NCBI GenBank assembly: GCA_021296135.1
Contig: JAGWAZ010000002.1
Span: 1,060 to 65,059 of the forward strand
Direction: 5' to 3'
Length of the DNA stretch: 64,000 bases
Origin: Chlorobiota bacterium
Lineage (GTDB): Bacteria; Bacteroidota; Ignavibacteria; OLB7
Shown here: piece after piece, positions 28,124-37,176 of the stretch
Layout: each line of letters begins with the position of its first letter
How positions within the stretch are numbered: position 1 is the first letter of the stretch
Notes under the pieces: generated by a model
The model's input: the letters and a program-made list of their open reading frames with translations, nothing else
Databases searched by the model: none
What the model was told of the DNA's origin: nothing
Made by a program: the position numbers and the translations under genes

Positions 28124-29392
28124 ATGGGTAGTCCCGACAAGCATCGAAATAATCCAGCCCAAACTCGAGACTCAAACGAGAAAACCCTGCACAACAAACC
28201 GAAGAAAGGTCCGAGCGAGAGTCCCTCTGATCTCTCTGAACAGCTTGTTGCCGGAACTCTCCGAACCAGAAAGTCGCATTGCTCGCATTCCTGTGGTAAA
28301 GGGAATTGTGGAGCGGATGATGGTTGCGCAACCGGAGGTTGTGGCAAAGGATCTCTTCTTAAGATGATTGCCAATAACTTTGAGTACAAGGACAAACGTG
28401 ATATTGTTGAGATAACCTACGAAGGACATCGAAGAGGCTTTGCCTGTGTTGAGGATAAGGGAATGAGGCTAAGCCTCCGTGATGTTCTCATCGTCAAGCA
28501 TGGTAATGGACTTGACTGGGCTTCGATCTCGATGATGGGATCACTGGTTCATGCAAAGCGCAAAGCGAAAAGGCTTTCCGGAGAGGAATTGCCAACGGTA
28601 CTTCGCGTGGCTAACGAGGGTGATATCAAACGGATTGAACAGACCAAGGCTTCCGAACGTCAGGCATATTCGGTTTGTAAGACCCGTATCGAAGCCTTTG
28701 AATTGCCGATGGAACTTGTCGATGCAGAGTGGCAATTCGATCACAAGAAGCTGACGTTTTACTTCACTGCCGATGGTCGTGTTGATTTTCGTGAGTTGGT
28801 ACGAGACCTTGCGGCTATATTCAACACGCGAATCGAGCTTCGACAAATCGCAGTGCGCGATGCTGCCAAACGGCTTGGAGACGTTGGCATTTGTGGGCTA
28901 GAGCTTTGCTGCACAACACATTTGGGACGATATGAGCATATCACGCTCGACCATGTAAAGATTCAGCAAATACCAGCTAATCCCTCTAAACTATCAGGTC
29001 AATGTGGCCGCCTCAAATGTTGTCTCCTCTATGAAATTGATACATACGTTGAAGGGTTGAAACGCTTTCCTCCAATCACTACGGAGGTAAAGACACCCTC
29101 TGGGATCGGTACTGTCCAGAAAATCGACCTTTTCAAGGATATAATCTGGATCTACTACCCCGATCTTTCTTCCTGGGAGTCGTTGACGCTGGGACAATAC
29201 AAAGACGTACTTGAAGGGAAGATCCCCACCTCAGTTCGAGTTGATGAAGAGATTCCCGCCTATTTCCCATCCGAACTACAGCAGGAAGAGGGCAGGAAGA
29301 GGCAGAAGGAGAAGGCGGATTCCAATGGTGGTGAAGGGAAAGCCAAAAGAGAGGGAGCACAAAAACGGAAGCCAAAGAGAGGAAAAAAATAA
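28124..29392 (+). CDS. ricT: PSP1-domain protein RicT/YaaT
   Basis: FYFTADGRVDFRELV, RIELRQI, GICGLELCC, KLSGQCGRLKCCL; lies downstream of holB. Confidence 0.92.
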   Translation: MGSPDKHRNNPAQTRDSNEKTLHNKPKKGPSESPSDLSEQLVAGTLRTRKSHCSHSCGKGNCGADDGCATGGCGKGSLLKMIANNFEYKDKRDIVEITYEGHRRGFACVEDKGMRLSLRDVLIVKHGNGLDWASISMMGSLVHAKRKAKRLSGEELPTVLRVANEGDIKRIEQTKASERQAYSVCKTRIEAFELPMELVDAEWQFDHKKLTFYFTADGRVDFRELVRDLAAIFNTRIELRQIAVRDAAKRLGDVGICGLELCCTTHLGRYEHITLDHVKIQQIPANPSKLSGQCGRLKCCLLYEIDTYVEGLKRFPPITTEVKTPSGIGTVQKIDLFKDIIWIYYPDLSSWESLTLGQYKDVLEGKIPTSVRVDEEIPAYFPSELQQEEGRKRQKEKADSNGGEGKAKREGAQKRKPKRGKK

Positions 29393-29514
29393 AAGTGGGG
29401 AGACGCATCACAATCAGGTCAGGGATGGAGGAGATCGAGCGGGTTAAAAGCGAAAGGGGAAGAAAAAACCGAATAATCGGGGAGGGAAGAACGAAACCAA
29501 GAAATCAGAGCAGA

Positions 29515-30246
29515 ATGCTAAACAACCGAGTGGTTCATGAGAACTCTCTGCTGGTTTTTGCAAAGTATCCAAGACCTGGCAAGGTAAAGACTCGTTTGAC
29601 ACCTCCGTTGTCATTTGAAGAGGGAGCCGATCTCTACAGCGCATTTCTCTGTGACTCACTGGAAGTCTATCGTCGTCAGAAGGATTGCTTTGAATCGGTT
29701 CTTTACCTTTCTGATATACATGATGCAGATTTTGCAATCGACTTGCTTGAGCATGAAGACGTTATCACTGGATCATCTACTCTCGATCTCCGTTCGCAAC
29801 AGGGCGATGTGCTTGGAGAGCGACTGGTGAATGCCTTCAGAAGTGCATTTGAGGGTGGAAGCAAGAGGGTGTGTGTAATTGGCACCGATCATCCATCGTT
29901 GCCAATTGGTTACGTAGGCAAAGCGTTTGAAACATTAGAAAAAAACGATGTGGTGATTGGTCCGGCTGAAGATGGGGGATATTACCTGATCGGTATGTCT
30001 ACACTGCACCCAGAATTGTTTGTCGATATGCCGTGGAGTCAGAAGAACTTATATGAAGAACTAGTGCAGGTGATAGACGAAGCAGGACTTTCTCTGCATG
30101 TCTTGCCCAGTTGGTATGACGTTGACGATGAAGATTCTTTGCGGAAGTTGATGAGTAGTGTAGGTTTGCGCAAGATTGCTCCCCGGACAGCTCAAGTTAT
30201 CGACCGATTGGAATCTATTGTCGGAGATGAGAAAGATGAGCCTTGA
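29515..30246 (+). CDS. DUF2064/TIGR04282-type glycosyltransferase-like protein
   Basis: FAKYPRPGKVKTRL, QQGDVLGERL, IGTDHP, GPAEDGGYYLIG, DVD. ATG 29515 preferred over GTG 29395. Confidence 0.88.
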   Translation: MLNNRVVHENSLLVFAKYPRPGKVKTRLTPPLSFEEGADLYSAFLCDSLEVYRRQKDCFESVLYLSDIHDADFAIDLLEHEDVITGSSTLDLRSQQGDVLGERLVNAFRSAFEGGSKRVCVIGTDHPSLPIGYVGKAFETLEKNDVVIGPAEDGGYYLIGMSTLHPELFVDMPWSQKNLYEELVQVIDEAGLSLHVLPSWYDVDDEDSLRKLMSSVGLRKIAPRTAQVIDRLESIVGDEKDEP

Positions 30247-30841
30247 TCAACTGAGCAATGTTAAGTCTGTCGGGATATTCGGTGGTACGTTTGATCCAAT
30301 CCATACAGGACACCTTATTCTTGCTGAACGTGCTCGCGAAGAGTTGAACCTTGATAAAATTCTCTTTATGCCGGCACACATCCCTCCTCACAAATCAAAC
30401 GGTCAGAAGATTGCTTCCGGCAAGGCCAGACTTGAAATGACTCGTTTAGCCGTCGCAAGTCACCCGGATTTTGTTGTGACTGCTATTGAACTTAAGCGCG
30501 AAGGCCTCAGCTTTGCAGTCGATTCTCTCGATCAGATCAAACGACTCTGTCCGACGACAGAATTAGTCCTGCTGATGGGGAGCGACAATGCCCGTGATTT
30601 CTCATCTTGGCGAGAGCCGGAACGCATTCTCAAGCTTGCTCATGTTGCTGTGTGGGAGCGTCCCGGGAGCTATTACTGGCCTGAGGTTTATCGGGGTTAT
30701 ATTGCTCGAAAAATCAGTTCCCCACTTATTGAGATATCGAGCACTGAGATAAGAAGTCGGGTTTTAGAAGGGTATTCTGTTCGGTATCTGACGCCTGATT
30801 CAGTTATCACATACATTAAGGAGCATGGCCTCTATCTCTGA
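30236..30841 (+). CDS. nadD: Nicotinate-nucleotide adenylyltransferase
   Basis: GIFGGTFDPIHTGH, PPHK, MGSD, ISSTEIR. Confidence 0.95.
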   Translation: MSLDQLSNVKSVGIFGGTFDPIHTGHLILAERAREELNLDKILFMPAHIPPHKSNGQKIASGKARLEMTRLAVASHPDFVVTAIELKREGLSFAVDSLDQIKRLCPTTELVLLMGSDNARDFSSWREPERILKLAHVAVWERPGSYYWPEVYRGYIARKISSPLIEISSTEIRSRVLEGYSVRYLTPDSVITYIKEHGLYL

Positions 30842-31664
30842 GAAACGATTCGGTGTTGAGGGAGTAATTCGACAGTTGTTTCTGACAATCGTTCTTCTTC
30901 TTATGCTCTTCCCTCTTTTTTGGATGCTCATCATTGCCCTGCGAGAACGGACCCCCGATTTCTCTTCGTTCTTTGGTCTGCTCAGTGGGCCGTTTACTTT
31001 GACAAACTTCACTGATGTTATGACCTCTGGGCCGTTTGACACCTACTTTTTGAACTCCACAGTAGTGGCAACCCTTGTTGTGCTCGGTAACGTTCTATTT
31101 TGCTCTATGGTCGGCTATGGCCTTGCCCGGCGAAGAATTCCGGGGAAGGCATTCTGGGGTGTGACTGTTATCGCTGTTATGATGATCCCGCCACAGGTGG
31201 TCATGATTCCGCTCTACCGCCTGATGGTCACTTTTGGTTGGATAGATACCTATTGGGCGTTAATAGTTCCTTTCCTTGTTACCCCGTTTGGGGTCTTTCT
31301 CATGCGACAGTACATACTCGGACTTCCAATCGAAATTGAGGAGGCAGCACGTATTGACGGTGCGAGTGATCTTGGCATTCTCTTCAAAGTCGTGATGCCA
31401 ATGGCCAAACCAATGCTTGTTGTTCTCTCGGTCTTCACCTTTCTGACAACATGGAATACATTTCTCTATCCTTTCCTCTTCACCAACTCCGAATCGATGC
31501 GAACGCTGACAGTTGGCCTGACCTTCTACCTCGGAAATCAGTCAATTGATTGGGGACATCTGATGGCCGGAGCAAGCATTTCAGCACTACCGGTCATTAT
31601 TCTCTTCATCATCTTCCAAAAACAGATCATCGAAGGGATGACCGCCGGAGCGGTGAAAGGATAG
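30825..31664 (+). CDS. Carbohydrate ABC transporter permease (MalG-like)
   Basis: EAA loop EIEEAARIDGAS, WNTFLYP, FQKQIIEGMTAGAVKG. Confidence 0.93.
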   Translation: MASISEKRFGVEGVIRQLFLTIVLLLMLFPLFWMLIIALRERTPDFSSFFGLLSGPFTLTNFTDVMTSGPFDTYFLNSTVVATLVVLGNVLFCSMVGYGLARRRIPGKAFWGVTVIAVMMIPPQVVMIPLYRLMVTFGWIDTYWALIVPFLVTPFGVFLMRQYILGLPIEIEEAARIDGASDLGILFKVVMPMAKPMLVVLSVFTFLTTWNTFLYPFLFTNSESMRTLTVGLTFYLGNQSIDWGHLMAGASISALPVIILFIIFQKQIIEGMTAGAVKG

Positions 31665-31680
31665 ATGAGGCATCAGGGGT

Positions 31681-31770
31681 AAGACCTCAGACATCAGAGG
31701 GAGGGTCGATAAGTAGACCAAGCTTCTAATATCAACATACTAACGTCTGACATCTGATGTCTAAGATCTC
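31681..31770. repeat. Imperfect inverted repeat built from 7-mer-like units between convergent genes
   Basis: AGACCTCAGACATCAGA versus TCTGATGTCTAAGATCT; units TCTGACA/TCTGATG/TCTAAGA. Confidence 0.6.
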
Positions 31771-31774
31771 TTCC

Positions 31775-32797
31775 TCACTTCTTATTCAACGTCCAGTCGT
31801 ACTCAAGGAACTTGATTTTGACATTCCCGGCTCCTTCTAAACCGGACTTCATGCTCTCAGGACCATACTCTTTGGCAAAGGCGATCAATCCGGCAGTGTT
31901 ATCACTGAAGTCTACCTTGTACCATTCAAAGATCTTCGAGAGATAGAGCGTCTTTGTCCTGGCATCCCAGTGGTTCTGCTTTGGATTGGCAAGATAGGCG
32001 CGAGCATTTTCGACAAGTTGCGAGCGTACGTTGGAAGCTGTATAGGCTTTTCGGATCAGAGGAGGACAGCTTAAGGCCGCGCATACCAGACCGAAGTGAA
32101 TCAGAGGTTCCTTATAAGTTGGACGTACAATGTTATTCTCAATATCATTCAGTGTAACGCTTTTACCAGCGACCATGAACTTTTTCTTGTCGAAGAATCC
32201 CTTGGCATCAAGTGGTTGTTCGATGCCGGGATTGTTGTTCACGTTAAGAATTACAAGCCCGTTGTATGCGTTGATCCAGAAGGCAAGTCCTTCATCAGTT
32301 GACATTGAAAGAATGTCTGCTGTTTTCAGGCTTGTGATAAACTGAGTAAACTCATCGCTGGATTTGAAACCCCTATAATCGACTTTTCCGTTGGAGACAT
32401 AGCTCTTTAGAAGAAGATCAAAGACTGCTGGATCGTACGGAATCGGTTTCTCATCACCCGGTTCAGGGTTGAATGATATAGAAGATGAATTTGAGGAAGA
32501 ATGTGCATCGGATGTCTCATTTGTTTGTGATTCTGTCATGCGAGCCAACATTGCTCCGGAATTGCTTGGAGATTGTACGTCTTGCTGGGAAGAATGAGTC
32601 ATTGAATCACTCCCGATAGTTTCATCTCCATCGGCTTTTTTGTTATCTGACAAGGTTTCTACCAATGCTTCGCCAGCGTCATTTTTTTTGTTATCCGTAC
32701 CTTTGTTACAGGCGATGAGCATAGTACTACCGGTGAGGATAAGTATAAGAGACAGGTGAACGAACTGAAAGATGGGGGGCGATGTTACGTTCAACAT
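31775..32797 (-). CDS. DUF547-domain lipoprotein
   Basis: Lipobox LIAC, Ser-rich linker, VDY, LAFWINAYN, IHFGLVCAALSCP, SKIFEWY, YDWTLN. Confidence 0.9.
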   Translation of the reverse strand: MLNVTSPPIFQFVHLSLILILTGSTMLIACNKGTDNKKNDAGEALVETLSDNKKADGDETIGSDSMTHSSQQDVQSPSNSGAMLARMTESQTNETSDAHSSSNSSSISFNPEPGDEKPIPYDPAVFDLLLKSYVSNGKVDYRGFKSSDEFTQFITSLKTADILSMSTDEGLAFWINAYNGLVILNVNNNPGIEQPLDAKGFFDKKKFMVAGKSVTLNDIENNIVRPTYKEPLIHFGLVCAALSCPPLIRKAYTASNVRSQLVENARAYLANPKQNHWDARTKTLYLSKIFEWYKVDFSDNTAGLIAFAKEYGPESMKSGLEGAGNVKIKFLEYDWTLNKK

Positions 32798-32899
32798 GAT
32801 ATAACTCCGTATTTTATGTTCAATGTAATGGCAGTAAATTCTGTATAATTTAATGCTATATCAAAGATACATGAATTTCATCAGGGGAATCGTCTTACC

Positions 32900-33382
32900 A
32901 TGACAAAACGTGTAGAGGGGCATCTGAGTGCCCAAGGACTCAAAATCGGAGTCGTGACAACACGATGGAATGAGATTGTTACCGATCGCCTTTTGGCCGG
33001 AGCGCTCGATTGCCTGAAAATGCTTGGTGCAAATGAGGATCATATTACTGTTGTTCGTTGCCCCGGCGCATTCGAGTTGCCTGTTGTTCTAAAGGAGCTT
33101 GCAAGCTCAGGAGAATATAATGTGTTGGTAGCGCTCGGAGCGGTGATTCGCGGAGAAACACCACATTTTGATTATGTGGCGGGTGAAGCGGCATCCGGGA
33201 TTTCACGCGCGGCATACGACACCGGCATTCCCTGCGGATTTGGCCTTCTGACGGTCAATAGCCCTGAACAGGCTATGGATCGAGCCGGGACGAAATCGGG
33301 CAATAAAGGATGGGAGGCTGCCCAGGCTGCTGTGGAGACCGCAACATTGCTCAAGACTATCCGTGGTCAGGCAGGAACATAA
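32900..33382 (+). CDS. ribH: 6,7-dimethyl-8-ribityllumazine synthase
   Basis: PGAFELP, LGAVIRGETPHFDYV, GNKGWEAA. Confidence 0.97.
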   Translation: MTKRVEGHLSAQGLKIGVVTTRWNEIVTDRLLAGALDCLKMLGANEDHITVVRCPGAFELPVVLKELASSGEYNVLVALGAVIRGETPHFDYVAGEAASGISRAAYDTGIPCGFGLLTVNSPEQAMDRAGTKSGNKGWEAAQAAVETATLLKTIRGQAGT

Positions 33383-33484
33383 TCGATTGAACAGGGACAA
33401 ATTATTCTCTTGTCGATCCCGTAAAGGCTTTCTACATTCGTTCCTTCTCATGCTAGCGGGTCATACAAACATGAAAATCATACG

Positions 33485-35773
33485 ATGACGATTATTCAAT
33501 CAACGTTCTCATACGTAGCAGTATTTCTTCTGACCTTGAGCTTTATCTGGGCACCCGACCTTTCAGGGCAGGTTATTATAGAATCATGGGAGGTCTTCAG
33601 CGCACTTGACAGATCCACTGATGTTGCCGTAGATGGAGAGGGAAAAGTTTGGGTTGGATCGACCGGAGGAGCATACCAATTTGATCCAGTTACCAGAGAG
33701 GCCACTGTCTATCGGACGAATAATGGATTGCTCAGATTGAACGTGACGGCTGTTGGTGTTGACAGAGAGAGCGATGATGTCTATTTCGGTGGTGATAACG
33801 GCGCAATTTCAATCCTGCGCCAAGGGGGATGGTGGACCTATGTTACCGACATCACGCGACGTTCTCAGTCGCAACGAGCTATTAACGGCTTTGCTTTTGC
33901 TAACGGGCTTGCTTACATCCTTACGGAGTTTGGTGTTGCCGTCTTCGACCCATCTGACAGCGTAATCCGGGAGTCATGGACCCGGCTTGGGTCAATACAT
34001 CCGAACACTTCTGTAAACGATCTGGTTTTCTACAATGATTCGGTCTGGTTGGCAACGCCGTTCGGTGTTGCCGTAGCCCAGTCTACCGGCAAATACCTTG
34101 CCGATCCTTCGAATTGGACTGTTTACGATTCAGTCTCCCTCTGTAGTAGTCTGAAAGCTCTCTCTTTAGCCGTTGTTGACGGTTCTTTACTTATTGGTAC
34201 TGCCGATGGCGGTTGTGAATATATTGATGGAGTATTTACTAAACGAGGCGATCTTGGTGGAAGTATCAGGTTCGGTACTAACGGCGACCAGGTTGTTGCG
34301 GGAAATGATTATAGGCTTTACAGACGGGAGCAGAACGGACTGTTTCGTGAGGTAGGAGAACTGTCCGATCGTCTTACTGACGTCGTTGCTCTGCCGGACG
34401 GATCACCTCTCGGTTCTCTTAAACGTACCGGGGTTGCGTTTCTCTCATCAGATTCGGTTGAACTCTTTGCACCAAACGGGCCTTCCTCTAACAGATTCGT
34501 CGATCTAACGTTTGGAGCTGATGGTTCTCTTTGGGGAGCCACTTTTGATGATGGTGTTGTTCGATTGAATGAAGGAGAATGGTTTAACTATGATGCTGCC
34601 AACACGGTGGGACTTTCTACGAACTCCGCAAGGCAAATCGAGGATGATGACTTCGGCCGAGTCTGGGTCTCAGCTTATGGAGATGGAATGTACATTTTCC
34701 AACCTGAGAATGATGGTTCGTCAAAGGTGGATGTGCAGCACTATGATGAGACGAACTCACCATTGAGGGGGATAAACACAAATGCTGCCTATGTGATTTG
34801 TTCCGACATCTATGCAGACGGGTTTGGTACAACCTGGTTCATCAATTGGGATAACACTTCGGGAATTCGTGGTGCGGTTCTTCTGGCAAGCGTTTACGAT
34901 CCTAAGACCGGTGTCGATAATTTTCACCTTTTTCCAGCCTCTTCGACCTTCCCGGAACTGACTCGTGCGTACGCACGCCTGTCGATCGACTTTAACGGCA
35001 CAATCTGGCTTGCTTCCGAGAATCAGAGCGGACTCCTCTACTTCATTCCTGGCCAAACGCTCAACGATCAGGGTGAGTGGAGGCGCATAAGGACTGCCGA
35101 TGGCTTGATCTCAAACGACCAGAATGCTCTTCTGGTCGATCCGGATGGGGAAGTATGGATTGGAACGCCAAAGGGATTGACTGTCCTGGTGAATCCTGGG
35201 GCGGTTCGGAACAATGGATCAAACGCGGCGATCTTCAGGGAAATTCGTTCTCTTAAGGATGTTGTTATCCGCGATATTGCCGTTGACGCTTTGAATAGAA
35301 AGTGGGTAGGTACCGATAATGGTCTTTTTGTTCTTTCAAGCGATGGTACAGAACTGTTGGAAACTTATACGGAGTCAAATTCTTCTCTTGTTAAGAATGA
35401 GGTACTGGCCGTTTTGCCTAACAATAAGACAGGGGAAATATACATTGGTACCGGATCGGGGTTGAACAAAATCCAAACCGAGGCGATTGAATCGTCGTCC
35501 GACCCCGATCAGATTCAAGTTTCACCACAACCTTTTGATCCTACTCGTGATCAATCCCTGCGGATCACAGGACTTCCCTTGAACAGCAGAGTGAAAATTC
35601 TGAAGCTTGATGGTTCCCTTATCACAGAGTTTCGTGCACCAGGTGGTGATGTCGGGTTCTGGACCGGAAGAGATGCCCGCGGTGAGTTGGTTGCGAGTGG
35701 TGTCTATATTGTCGCGGCAGAATCAGCCCTTGGTGAGACAGTTATAGGGAAAATTGCAGTTGTTCGACAATAA
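33485..35773 (+). CDS. porZ: PorZ-like beta-propeller protein with T9SS/FlgD-like C-terminal domain
   Basis: Signal peptide, repeated propeller blades, IAVDALNRKWVGT, YIGTGSGL; C-terminal PQPF...VKI..LDGSLI...W.GRD..G..VASGVY...GKIAVVR. Confidence 0.75.
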   Translation: MTIIQSTFSYVAVFLLTLSFIWAPDLSGQVIIESWEVFSALDRSTDVAVDGEGKVWVGSTGGAYQFDPVTREATVYRTNNGLLRLNVTAVGVDRESDDVYFGGDNGAISILRQGGWWTYVTDITRRSQSQRAINGFAFANGLAYILTEFGVAVFDPSDSVIRESWTRLGSIHPNTSVNDLVFYNDSVWLATPFGVAVAQSTGKYLADPSNWTVYDSVSLCSSLKALSLAVVDGSLLIGTADGGCEYIDGVFTKRGDLGGSIRFGTNGDQVVAGNDYRLYRREQNGLFREVGELSDRLTDVVALPDGSPLGSLKRTGVAFLSSDSVELFAPNGPSSNRFVDLTFGADGSLWGATFDDGVVRLNEGEWFNYDAANTVGLSTNSARQIEDDDFGRVWVSAYGDGMYIFQPENDGSSKVDVQHYDETNSPLRGINTNAAYVICSDIYADGFGTTWFINWDNTSGIRGAVLLASVYDPKTGVDNFHLFPASSTFPELTRAYARLSIDFNGTIWLASENQSGLLYFIPGQTLNDQGEWRRIRTADGLISNDQNALLVDPDGEVWIGTPKGLTVLVNPGAVRNNGSNAAIFREIRSLKDVVIRDIAVDALNRKWVGTDNGLFVLSSDGTELLETYTESNSSLVKNEVLAVLPNNKTGEIYIGTGSGLNKIQTEAIESSSDPDQIQVSPQPFDPTRDQSLRITGLPLNSRVKILKLDGSLITEFRAPGGDVGFWTGRDARGELVASGVYIVAAESALGETVIGKIAVVRQ

Positions 35774-35874
35774 GGCTATTGTCCATTTATGCCGTTGTCC
35801 TTCGTCCCGATTGCCGTATATTTATGAACGGTTTGCTTGAATAGAGGTATAATTAATTGAGTGAGAGGAGGTTC

Positions 35875-36216
35875 ATGGAAGAAAATCGTGATGAGGTTTT
35901 TTCCCGTAGGGTAAGGGCAGGAAAACGTACGTACTACATCGATGTCCGTTCAACACGCTCCGGTGGGGATTACTACCTGACAATTACAGAGAGCAAACGG
36001 ACTGGGGAAAGCGAAAGAGAAAAGTTCAAAATCTTTCTCTATAAAGAAGATTTCGAGAAGTTCAAAACAGCACTTCTTGAAGCTCTTGACTATGCCTATA
36101 TAGAGCTTGAAAAGATTGATGCTCTTCCACGCGATTATTTTGCTTCAGATGAAGAGGTGAGCGACATTGACAGCGACGACAATGCTGACTCAGAGAATGA
36201 TGACAAGGGATTTTGA
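35875..36216 (+). CDS. DUF3276/PUR-family nucleic-acid-binding protein
   Basis: FSRRVRAGKRTYYIDV, YYLTITES, KIFLYKEDF; GAGGAGG RBS before ATG 35875. Confidence 0.92.
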   Translation: MEENRDEVFSRRVRAGKRTYYIDVRSTRSGGDYYLTITESKRTGESEREKFKIFLYKEDFEKFKTALLEALDYAYIELEKIDALPRDYFASDEEVSDIDSDDNADSENDDKGF

Positions 36217-36376
36217 GAAGTCGAAGTTAATGATCGCAGGAAAAACGTTAATGTTAAGGGGATAACTCCACATGTCTGATTCTGACAGATGTGTGGAGTT
36301 CCATTTCCAACCCATTGGGAAGCATATAACCTTCCGTTGATGACGTAATCAACATCACTATCTGTCAACGTAGAGA

Positions 36377-37132
36377 ATGGCATCTATACTCCTTGCTGGA
36401 GATCCCGAAAATATCAGAGCTTGTGTCAAAGATGTTTCCGAAGCATATGTCCTGTACACACTTCATGATGAGGAAATGTTACATGGCATGGATCGATTGA
36501 ACAGGATTGAAGCCTTTGACCAGGTGCCGGAAGACCTCTCGGCAGTCCTTCTCCTTACAACGCGAGATGATGGTGAGATCGAATCAACCCTCACGTTTCT
36601 CGATGAGTTACTAACCGAATCGAACATTCCTCTCTTCGTTAACACGCTATTTATGACAGCCACTGAAGTTTCTGCCCTTCTCGGAAACAGAATTCCAGTA
36701 GTCGGTATCTCCTGGATATCCGGTTTGACAAATGTGGCGGAACGTTTGGAGGCTGCGCCAGCATTGCAAGTTGGGAGTGAAGATGCCCAGCAGGTATTGT
36801 CATTGCTCTCTACAATTGTGCCGGGAGATATTGAGCAAGTTGAGGATCGAGTTGCTCTTGTCTCAGCACGTATTTTGTCGATGATCATCAATGAGGCGGC
36901 ATTTGCATTGATGGAAGATGTTGCCAATCCGGATGATATTGATACCGCAATGAAGCTTGGTACAAACTACCCGAACGGACCTCTAGCCTGGGTCGATTCC
37001 ATTGGCGCTGATGTGATCGTCCGTATCCTCCAGGCTCTCCACAATGAATATGGTGAAGAGCGCTATCGTCCCTGTGTTCTGCTCAAACAATATGCCCGTG
37101 CAGGCAAACAATTCCACTCCCACCCAAACTAA
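36377..37132 (+). CDS. 3-hydroxyacyl-CoA dehydrogenase C-terminal-domain protein with degenerate N-terminus
   Basis: RILSMIINEA, DIDTAMKLGTNYPNGP, YGEERYRP; no GxGxxG motif. Confidence 0.85.
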   Translation: MASILLAGDPENIRACVKDVSEAYVLYTLHDEEMLHGMDRLNRIEAFDQVPEDLSAVLLLTTRDDGEIESTLTFLDELLTESNIPLFVNTLFMTATEVSALLGNRIPVVGISWISGLTNVAERLEAAPALQVGSEDAQQVLSLLSTIVPGDIEQVEDRVALVSARILSMIINEAAFALMEDVANPDDIDTAMKLGTNYPNGPLAWVDSIGADVIVRILQALHNEYGEERYRPCVLLKQYARAGKQFHSHPN

Positions 37133-37176
37133 TCCAGTGAACAAAGGAACTATCTAACCCTATTGTATACTACGTC

